Positions 20,752 through 28,856 of a stretch of 64,000 bases of DNA are shown in pieces. Each line of letters begins with the position of its first letter. The first letter of the stretch is position 1. The notes below the pieces were generated by a model that had not been told where the DNA came from, made no database searches, and saw only the letters and a list, made by a program, of their open reading frames with translations. The translations under genes and the position numbers were made by a program. This DNA is from Opitutia bacterium (lineage in GTDB: Bacteria; Verrucomicrobiota; Verrucomicrobiia; Opitutales; Opitutaceae), in contig CANJVR010000002.1 in the NCBI GenBank assembly GCA_947478395.1, forward strand, positions 544,001 through 608,000. Direction: 5' to 3'.

Positions 20752-21606
20752 TCACAGCGCAGACCACGCGAGAAGGAAACGATCGCGGCGGGTCAAATCC
20801 TGCCGGGATTCCACGCGGGGAAATCCGTTCGAAGCGGCCAGCTGAGCCAATTCCGCGTGATGCGTGATGCCGGTCTCAAGCGCGAGTAGACCGCCCGGCG
20901 CCATGTATTTCGCCGCTCCGAGAACAATGGCCCGCAGATCCGCGATGCCGCCGTCGCCAGAGATCAACGCGCTGGCGGGTTCATGGGCGCTCACTTCGGG
21001 CGCCGCCTCCGCCGTTTCCTGAGCCGAAAGATACGGCGGATTCGCGACAATAAGATCGTAGGGAGCCTCACCGTCCAAATTCGTGAACCAAGAAGAGCGA
21101 ATCCAGCGAACTTTCGCACCGCCCGGAATGCTCGCCGCATTTTCGGCGGCGAGCGCCAAGGCGTCGTCGCTCAGATCTACTCCGGTGACCTCAGCCGCGG
21201 GCAGGGCCACGCCCATTGCGAGGGCGATCGCGCCACTGCCGGTCCCTAAATCGAGCACGCGCGGCGGAGGATTGGCCAAGACTAAGCCGATCACAATCTC
21301 GACCAGCAGCTCTGTTTCCGGACGCGGAATGAGCGCGCGGCGATCGACCTTTAATCGCAGTCCGTGAAAATCCGTTTGGCCGAGAATATATTGCAACGGC
21401 TCGCGCGCGGCCCGCCGGCGGACCAAGGGCCGCACTTTTTCCAACTCCAGCTCGGTCAGCAGGCGCTCGAACTGAAGGTAGAGCTGCATGCGCTTTAAGC
21501 CGAGCGCATGACCGATGAGCAGCTCAGCGTTCAAGCGCGCGGACTCGACGCCCTTCGCGCTCAAAAAATCTGCCGTCTTCTGAATGATTTCGAGGACGGA
21601 GAGCAT
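20752..21606 (-). CDS. prmC: Release factor glutamine methyltransferase
   Basis: EPLQYILG, LIPRPETE, DLGTGSG, NPPY; directly after prfA. Confidence 0.93.
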   Translation of the reverse strand: MLSVLEIIQKTADFLSAKGVESARLNAELLIGHALGLKRMQLYLQFERLLTELELEKVRPLVRRRAAREPLQYILGQTDFHGLRLKVDRRALIPRPETELLVEIVIGLVLANPPPRVLDLGTGSGAIALAMGVALPAAEVTGVDLSDDALALAAENAASIPGGAKVRWIRSSWFTNLDGEAPYDLIVANPPYLSAQETAEAAPEVSAHEPASALISGDGGIADLRAIVLGAAKYMAPGGLLALETGITHHAELAQLAASNGFPRVESRQDLTRRDRFLLAWSAL

Positions 21607-21607
21607 C

Positions 21608-22726
21608 TTAGTCCTCATCCGCATTCGCTCGCGGCGGGGTGTAACTTTGGCCGGTCAGCGCGGCAAACTTCTGTTCATAGTCCGCCTTCTGCAGCGCCTC
21701 GATGATCTCATCGATCCGCCCCTCCATAATCTGCGGCAGGCTATACAAGGTGAGCCCGATTCGGTGTTCCGTCACGCGGTTCTGCAGGAAGTGATACGTG
21801 CGGATGCGTTCGCTGCGGTCACCTGAACCGATCTGATTGCGACGCACCGCAGCGTATTTCGCGTGCTCTTCGTCCTGCCGCCGCTGCAGCAGTCGTGAAC
21901 GCAGCACGGTCATCGCCTTCGCTTTGTTTTTGATCTGCGAACGTTCGTCCGCACACGTCACGATCAAGCCCGTGGGCTTGTGCAAAATCTGGACCGCGGA
22001 ATCCGTGGTGTTGACGCCCTGCCCACCCGGACCGCTGGCCCGCGCCACCGTGATTTCCAGTTCCTGCGGATCGATCACGACGTCGACCTCCTCCGCCTCC
22101 GGCAGCACAGCAACCGTCACCGTAGACGTGTGAATCCGCCCGTTCGCCTCGGTCACCGGCACGCGTTTCACGCGATGCACACCGCTTTCGAATTTAAACT
22201 GCTTATAGACGTCCGTGCCGGTGATGAGGAAAATCACCTCCTTGAAGCCACCGCGTTCCGACTGACTGCTGCTCATCGGCTGGATTTTCCAACCGCGGGC
22301 GTCGGCGTAGCGCGAGTAGAGGCGGAATAATTCCGCCGCGAACAGGCTCGCTTCGTCGCCGCCCGAGCCGGCGCGAATTTCCATGACGGTGTTACGCGAG
22401 TCGGTCGGGTCTGGTGGAATCATCGCGCTCAACACCGACTGCCGCAGGGCCTCGGCGCGTCGCACCAGCTGGGGGAGTTCATCGGCCGCGAGCTCGCGCA
22501 TTTCCCGATCGGCCGTGCCATCCTTGGCCAACGCCGTGGCCTCGGAGAGCTCGCGCAGGAGCCGTTCGTGCAGCCGAAAATCCTCCACCAATTTTTGCAG
22601 TTTCTGATGCTCCCGCGTGACGTCGGCCGCGCGGCGGGAATTGGCGTAGAACGAGGGATCCGCCATCTGCGCATCGAGTTCGTCGAGGCGGCGTTGAAAC
22701 GGGGAGATGTCGGGCAGAACTTCCAT
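21608..22726 (-). CDS. prfA: Peptide chain release factor 1
   Basis: PVT motif, GGQ, GRIHTS; operon with prmC. Confidence 0.93.
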   Translation of the reverse strand: MEVLPDISPFQRRLDELDAQMADPSFYANSRRAADVTREHQKLQKLVEDFRLHERLLRELSEATALAKDGTADREMRELAADELPQLVRRAEALRQSVLSAMIPPDPTDSRNTVMEIRAGSGGDEASLFAAELFRLYSRYADARGWKIQPMSSSQSERGGFKEVIFLITGTDVYKQFKFESGVHRVKRVPVTEANGRIHTSTVTVAVLPEAEEVDVVIDPQELEITVARASGPGGQGVNTTDSAVQILHKPTGLIVTCADERSQIKNKAKAMTVLRSRLLQRRQDEEHAKYAAVRRNQIGSGDRSERIRTYHFLQNRVTEHRIGLTLYSLPQIMEGRIDEIIEALQKADYEQKFAALTGQSYTPPRANADED

Positions 22727-22849
22727 GAACGAAAAATAGAAAACGATAAAGGCGGGACCACGATTTGCGAATTGCGCGAGTCGCGCGCAGCGGCTTGTGT
22801 GCGACTCTGCGCCGCACGAGGCATGTCTGCCTAGCGGTGTTGATCAGCA

Positions 22850-23875
22850 ATGGCCACGACGCTCTTCACTCAAAACACCATCGCCTGCATCTGGGATTTC
22901 GACAAGACCTTAATCCCCGATTACATGCAATCGCCGCTCTTCCGGCGCTACGGGATCGACGAGGCGACGTTCTGGGCCGAGACCAATCAGCTGGCGGCCC
23001 GCTACAAGGAACGCGGTTACCATCTCTCGCCCGAAATTGCCTACCTGAATCATCTGCTCACGTATGTGCACGAGGGCCCGCTGCGGGGCTTGAATAATAA
23101 AATCCTCTTCGAATGCGGCGCCGACATTAAGTTTTACGCCGGGCTGCCGGATTTCTTCGAGCGCTCAAAAGCTTATGTCCAGGACCGACCTGAATATCAA
23201 AAGCACGAAATCTCCCTCGAGCACTACGTCGTCAGCACCGGCATCGCGCCGATGGTTCGAGGCAGCGCAATCGCACCACAGCTCGACGGCGTGTGGGCTT
23301 GCGAGTTCATCGAAAATCCACTGCAGCCTGGCTTTCTGAAGCAAAAGGAGTTTCCGCTCGAGGCGTCCGCCGAAATTGCGCAGATCGGCATGGTCATCGA
23401 CAACACGACCAAAACGCGCGCGATTTTTGAAATCAACAAGGGCACCAACAAAAATCCCGCGATCGACGTGAACTCACAGATGGCCGCGGAGGATCGCCGC
23501 ATTCCGTTTCAGAACATGATCTACATCGCCGACGGCCCGAGCGATGTGCCCAGCTTTTCTGTGGTCAAGGGCAACGGCGGCAAAGCCTTTGCAGTCTACA
23601 ACCCGGCGAAGCCCGAGGAGTTCGCCCAAAACGACCGCCTGCGCCAATCGGGCCGCATCGATCACTACGGTCCCGCGGACTACACGGAAGCAAGCAGCAC
23701 GGCCCAATGGGTGCGCATGCACATCCACCAGATTTGCGATCGGATCGTGGCGGATCGCGAAACCGCGGTCGCACTGAAGGCATCCAAGCCGCCCCGCCAT
23801 CTCAACGCCACGCCCGAGGAAGAAGCGCTAGGGCGCGCCAAAAAAATACCGAAGCAGGCGTCATTTCTGGAATAA
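22850..23875 (+). CDS. HAD-family hydrolase
   Basis: WDFDKT motif I, VVSTG, YIADGPSD. Confidence 0.75.
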   Translation: MATTLFTQNTIACIWDFDKTLIPDYMQSPLFRRYGIDEATFWAETNQLAARYKERGYHLSPEIAYLNHLLTYVHEGPLRGLNNKILFECGADIKFYAGLPDFFERSKAYVQDRPEYQKHEISLEHYVVSTGIAPMVRGSAIAPQLDGVWACEFIENPLQPGFLKQKEFPLEASAEIAQIGMVIDNTTKTRAIFEINKGTNKNPAIDVNSQMAAEDRRIPFQNMIYIADGPSDVPSFSVVKGNGGKAFAVYNPAKPEEFAQNDRLRQSGRIDHYGPADYTEASSTAQWVRMHIHQICDRIVADRETAVALKASKPPRHLNATPEEEALGRAKKIPKQASFLE

Positions 23876-23998
23876 TCGGAGCGGATCGACGCGCTCTCTG
23901 GAGTATTTTTCGCGGAGCGAAAACCCCTCCAGCCTTTCCGCGGTCTCCCCCGCAACGCACACGCGTTTCTTTCCACCGCGTACTCAATTCGACGTCAG

Positions 23999-24520
23999 CT
24001 ACCGCCTGCTCAATTCCGAAGCTAGGTTATCGGCACGGGTCGCGTAGTTCCAACTCGCCGCGGGTGCCCGGCCCCTAATCACCGCGGTGAGGCCCGCGTT
24101 CCAAGCAAGCGCAATGTTGAAGGTGCTCGGCTCCAAACCCGCGTGAACCAATCGGCTTTTCAACCATTCATAATGAAGAATCGCGACCTCATCGGAGGCT
24201 TTGCGCTCGAGGGCCGCTCGAAACGGCCGGCGAGTGTGCATGGCCCAAGTACCGCTCCGAAATTGATAGGCTCCTAGTTCTCCGTGACGACCCGGGCGCG
24301 AGGTGTCCGACGGATTTTCCAAGGAATGGATCGACTGCAACACGTCCCATCGTGAAGCCGCTTGAAGCGGTGCCGTGCCAATCAGGGCCGCAAGGACCGA
24401 TGCCTCCAAGACGATCCAAGCGCGGACGATCCGATGGTGAAAAATCCCGTTAAACGCTTTAACCGCACCAATGGCGGTGCGATCGATCCAGCCTGGCAAC
24501 GCGCAGTCGTTGGTTTTCAT
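23999..24520 (-). CDS. Secreted lysozyme/transglycosylase-fold protein
   Basis: LEN, GAYQF and AWNAG resemble the three SLT motifs; start uncertain. Confidence 0.55.
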   Translation of the reverse strand: MKTNDCALPGWIDRTAIGAVKAFNGIFHHRIVRAWIVLEASVLAALIGTAPLQAASRWDVLQSIHSLENPSDTSRPGRHGELGAYQFRSGTWAMHTRRPFRAALERKASDEVAILHYEWLKSRLVHAGLEPSTFNIALAWNAGLTAVIRGRAPAASWNYATRADNLASELSRR

Positions 24521-24660
24521 GGCTCCTACCGAGACTGAACTTTCCGCCGGCTGTTCTTTAAATTTTTAGCAAAAATCGACCTTCAGCTGGGAACTTTCCG
24601 AGGCGGCATCAACCGAGCAAACCGCTGCAGTTGGCGCGGGACTTAGCGGTCGCGCCTACC

Positions 24661-27333
24661 TCACTGATCCAGATTTGCGATCAATTGCGCGACGAGCGCG
24701 GTCCACCCCGTCTGATGGCTCGCACCGAGACCCTGTCCCGTATCGCCGTGGAAATACTCATGAAACCACAGCAGCTCCTGCCAGTGAGGATCGCTCACAA
24801 AGCGCGGCTCCATGCCCAAGGCCGGCCGCCGTCCTCCGCCATTTGGCAAAAATAATCCCACCAAACGCTGCCCTAATTCGCGCGCGATTTGCGCGAGATT
24901 CATCCGATTTCCCGAACCGGTCGGGAATTCCATCGTGAAGGTGTCCCCGTAAAAATGATGATATCGTTCCAACGACTCGATCAGCAGATAGTTCATCGGC
25001 AGCCACACCGGCCCGCGCCAGTTCGAGTTGCCGCCAAACAGCCAGGTGCGCGACTCGCCCGGCTCGTAGCCGACGCGGTACTCCGCCCCACCCGCGCTGA
25101 GCACAAACGGTCGTTCCGCGTAAGCCCGCGACAGTGATCGCACCCCGTGCGGCGACAGGAATTCCTTTTCGTCGAAAACATAGCGCAGCACGCGCTCCAG
25201 CCGCTCCCGCGACGGAATAGCCAGCAGACGTCGACCCGCGTCCCGCCCATCGCGGGCAAGATAGGATATCTGCGCCGAGAGTTCCTTGCGGTTTTCCAAA
25301 AACCAGCGCGTTCGTTTCGCAAACCCGGGCAAGCGGTCCAGCCGGCCCTCTTCGATATATTCCACCGCGAATAACGGCACGATCCCGACCAACGAGCGCA
25401 ACCGCACCGGATGCGCCCGCCCTTCGAGCAGCAGCTGGTCGTAATAAAATCCGTCCTCCTCGTGCCACAGGCCTGTCCCGCCGAGATTGTTCATCGCATC
25501 GGCGATCGAGACGAAATGTTCAAAGAATTTTGAAGCGATGTCCTCGTAGCCGGGATCGCCCTCCGCCAGTTCGAGCGACATCGAGAGCATCGTGCCGCAG
25601 TAAAACGCCATCCACGCCGTGCCATCCGCCTGCTCAAGCGAGCCCCCCGTCGGTAGCGGCTTCGAACGATCGAACACCCCGATGTTATCCAGCCCCAGGA
25701 ATCCGCCGCTGAAAATATGGCGACCGCCCGGGTCCTTCCGATTCACCCACCAGGTAAAATTGATCAGAAGTTTTTGAAACACACGCGCCAGCCAGACGCG
25801 GTCGCGCGCCCCGCGCGGTCCGGTCATTTTGTAAACCCGCCAGCAGGCCCACGCGTGCACCGGCGGATTGACGTCGGAAAAATTCCACTCGTACGCCGGC
25901 ATCTGCCCGTTTGGGTGCATGTACCATTCCCGCAGGAGTAAATTGAGCTGGCCCTTCGCGAATACCGGATCGATCCGCGCCATCGGGATCATGTGAAACG
26001 CCAAGTCCCAAGCGGCGAACCAAGGATACTCCCACTTGTCCGGCATCGAGATGACATCGCGCGCAAACAAATGCGGCCAGTCGCTGTTGCGGCCCGTCTT
26101 GCGCGCTTCCGACGGGCGCGGCTGCTCGGGATCGCCCTCCAACCAGTCTTTCACCACGTAATGATAAAACTGTTTCGACCAAAGCAATCCGGCGTAGGCC
26201 TGACGCGAAACCGGTTTCGCCGCGGGCACCTTGTTGGCCGCATCGCCTTCGACGGCTGCGTAAAACTTGTCCGCCTCCCTCCGCCGCGTCGAAATCGTAT
26301 CGTCGAAATTCCTCCCGAACGCCGCCCGCGGTGCCGCGCTTTCCGCGTACAGCCGCAAGCGCAACACCCGCTCCTCTCCTGGCGCGAGGGTGAGCTTTTG
26401 ATGAGCCGCACACTTCGTCCCGACCCGTGCGGGATTCACGGCGTCGCTGCGCTGAGAAACCACGTAGTCGTGAAACGCATCCTTCGGGTACTTGGGCGAC
26501 GTCTCCGACCCAAACAAGCGCCGCGCGTTGGTTTCGTTTTCCGCGAAGATCAGTTGCCCCGCCCCGGCCGCCGTCGGTTCCACCTCGAGGAAGAAGCGCC
26601 CCAGCGAAACGTGATCGCACTGCACCTTCACGTCACTCACCGCCCGCAGCTTCGGCTTGATCTCGCAGCCTTCGTGCCGGCAGCCCCACGACCAGGAATT
26701 CCGAAACCACAACGTCGGCAGCACATGAATTTCCGCCGGCTCCGATCCGCGATTGGCCACCGTGATTTGGATGCAGATGTCATCCGGACCCGCTTTCGCG
26801 TAGATCGCTTCAACGTCGAAATAGCGCTCGCCGTCGAAAACCCCGGTGTCGAGTAATTCGTATTCGCCCTCATCCCGGCCGCGCCGCCGACTTTCTGCCC
26901 GCAACCGCTCGTAGGGAAACGCCGCCTGTGGATATTTGTAGAGCGCGCGCAACCATGAGCCCGTCGGCGTCGCATCGAGATAAAAATAGCACTCCTTTAC
27001 GTCCTCGCCGTGATTTCCCTCGGGGCCGGTGAGACCAAACAGCCGTTCCTTCAAAAACGGATCCCGTCCGTTCCAGAGCGCGAGCGAGAAGCAGAGGCGG
27101 CACTCCCGGTCGGTAATGCCCAGCAGGCCGTCTTCTCCCCAGCGGTAAGCCCGGGCCATCGCCTGCTCGTGGGTGAAGTAGCCCCAGCTTTCGCCGTCAG
27201 GCGAATAATCCTCGCGCACCGTGCCCCACTGCCGCTCACCAAGGTAAGGCCCCCAGCGCTGCCAGTTTTTTTCCCGGCTGGCGTCTTCCTCGAGGCGAAG
27301 GTGTTCGGGCGTTTTCGCGGGACTCTTCGGCAT
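24661..27333 (-). CDS. MGH1-like glycoside hydrolase (GH63-related glucosidase)
   Basis: WGPYL.ERQWGTVREDYS, MPDKWEYPWFAAWD, GASHQTGWT. Confidence 0.85.
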   Translation of the reverse strand: MPKSPAKTPEHLRLEEDASREKNWQRWGPYLGERQWGTVREDYSPDGESWGYFTHEQAMARAYRWGEDGLLGITDRECRLCFSLALWNGRDPFLKERLFGLTGPEGNHGEDVKECYFYLDATPTGSWLRALYKYPQAAFPYERLRAESRRRGRDEGEYELLDTGVFDGERYFDVEAIYAKAGPDDICIQITVANRGSEPAEIHVLPTLWFRNSWSWGCRHEGCEIKPKLRAVSDVKVQCDHVSLGRFFLEVEPTAAGAGQLIFAENETNARRLFGSETSPKYPKDAFHDYVVSQRSDAVNPARVGTKCAAHQKLTLAPGEERVLRLRLYAESAAPRAAFGRNFDDTISTRRREADKFYAAVEGDAANKVPAAKPVSRQAYAGLLWSKQFYHYVVKDWLEGDPEQPRPSEARKTGRNSDWPHLFARDVISMPDKWEYPWFAAWDLAFHMIPMARIDPVFAKGQLNLLLREWYMHPNGQMPAYEWNFSDVNPPVHAWACWRVYKMTGPRGARDRVWLARVFQKLLINFTWWVNRKDPGGRHIFSGGFLGLDNIGVFDRSKPLPTGGSLEQADGTAWMAFYCGTMLSMSLELAEGDPGYEDIASKFFEHFVSIADAMNNLGGTGLWHEEDGFYYDQLLLEGRAHPVRLRSLVGIVPLFAVEYIEEGRLDRLPGFAKRTRWFLENRKELSAQISYLARDGRDAGRRLLAIPSRERLERVLRYVFDEKEFLSPHGVRSLSRAYAERPFVLSAGGAEYRVGYEPGESRTWLFGGNSNWRGPVWLPMNYLLIESLERYHHFYGDTFTMEFPTGSGNRMNLAQIARELGQRLVGLFLPNGGGRRPALGMEPRFVSDPHWQELLWFHEYFHGDTGQGLGASHQTGWTALVAQLIANLDQ

Positions 27334-27568
27334 TAGAGAGAGGCAGGATTCTACGTTCAGGCCGCTTAATCGAGCCGATTTCCCTAGCGTGTTAACCGTC
27401 TGCGCGACCCCGCTTACTGCGAACCGCCGGACGCCTAGCAGTTGGCGGCACGCGGGCCGAAAAATACCGGCTGCAATCGGCGCGCTGGAACGATCGTCGA
27501 CGGCGAAAGGAATTTTTGCGCCTCATCACGGCCATCCCTTCCGAAGTTTCTTAGTCGCTTCTTACGCC

Positions 27569-28618
27569 TCAACCCAAACGCCGACCCGGCCACGTTTCCG
27601 CGCGACGCCAAAACTCATCTGTCCGTCCGCCATAGTAGCCGCTGAGCACCGTGTCCATCACCTGCGACGCTCGCGCACCCGACACCCCCGTGCTGGGGCA
27701 GACGCCTCGTCCCAGCAAATCGTCTACGACGCTCTGGATCAGTGGTTGCGCCACGTGCGGCGGGTTCGGGCGGTCAAACGTCTCAACACCCTGCGCCGTG
27801 GTGAGTCGCACCGGGTCGTGGCCGAAAACCGAAAAAGCCACTTCGCCCAGTGTGCCGGTGAGACGCATGGTGTCGTCGCGCGCGGCGCTGGTGAAATTCC
27901 ATACGCCGGATCCGAACGTCCCGCCCATGACCTTGAAATTCGCCTCTACCACATCTTCTACCGCATAGTTCGACGCCAGATTTGCCGCCCGGCCGGTGAC
28001 GTCTTCCAGCGGCCCGAGCAAATAGTCGAACAGGTCGATGACGTGTGATCCCATATCAAGAAAATGTCCGGCACCCGCCGTCGCGACGTTCACGCGCCAG
28101 CTGTCGCCCGAAACATGAAACGGCGCGGCAAAACGATAACTCACCCCCGTAAGCGTGCCCAGCCGCCCGCTTTTCAAAAACTCTTCCACCAACAAAAACC
28201 GCGCGAGCCGGCGACGATAATACGCCACAAACAGCGGTAGCTTCGCCGCCGCGAACGCCGCCACCATCCGCTCGCACTCCGGCGCGTGACGCGCCATCGG
28301 CTTTTCGACGTACGCCGGTTTACCCGCCGCTGCGACCTTCAGCGCGTAATCCGCATGAGAATCGGGCGGTGTCGCGATGTAAACCGCGTCGACCTCGGGA
28401 TCGGCGATCAGCTCGTCCGCATTCGCATACCAACGGGCGACGCCGTGGCGCTGCGCGTAGTCTGCCGCCTTGGCAGCGTCGCGCCGCATCACCGCCACAA
28501 GTTTCGATCCGGTCGCTTTTTGAAAGCCCGGACCGCTTTTGACTTCAGTGACATCGCCGCAGCCGACGATACCCCAACGCACGACACTGCGACCGGAAAA
28601 AAAAGCGGGGTTACTCAT
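27569..28618 (-). CDS. Gfo/Idh/MocA family oxidoreductase
   Basis: WGIVGCG, YVEKPMA, DMGSH. Confidence 0.85.
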   Translation of the reverse strand: MSNPAFFSGRSVVRWGIVGCGDVTEVKSGPGFQKATGSKLVAVMRRDAAKAADYAQRHGVARWYANADELIADPEVDAVYIATPPDSHADYALKVAAAGKPAYVEKPMARHAPECERMVAAFAAAKLPLFVAYYRRRLARFLLVEEFLKSGRLGTLTGVSYRFAAPFHVSGDSWRVNVATAGAGHFLDMGSHVIDLFDYLLGPLEDVTGRAANLASNYAVEDVVEANFKVMGGTFGSGVWNFTSAARDDTMRLTGTLGEVAFSVFGHDPVRLTTAQGVETFDRPNPPHVAQPLIQSVVDDLLGRGVCPSTGVSGARASQVMDTVLSGYYGGRTDEFWRRAETWPGRRLG

Positions 28619-28856
28619 TCCGGCACGGTGCAGGCCGGTCCGCGCCGCTCAAATATTAAAGTGCGTCAGCCAGTCCAAAAGAGATTTTACCTACCGCCGC
28701 GTTCCGCATCACAACATCGACCCGTCGGGCGCGAACCGCGTTCTACATGCGGGATGGACTGCAGAGCCCAGATGCCGGGAAACTATTCCCGGGCTTTGTT
28801 GCAATTTTGTCGTTGCGGGAAGTGCAAGCGCCGGAGCAATCCCTACCTTCCGACCG

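Noticed and set aside
21608..22726. Stop-codon reassignment implied by the odd RF1
   Set aside because: TAA, TAG and TGA all terminate conserved genes at expected positions and no conserved gene has an in-frame stop.
28539..28856. Long N-terminal extensions in the ORF track (Snf2, pyrB, anti-sigma, aspartyl protease, prc, prlC)
   Set aside because: They overlap neighbouring genes or intergenic DNA; downstream ATG/GTG starts fit the protein families better.
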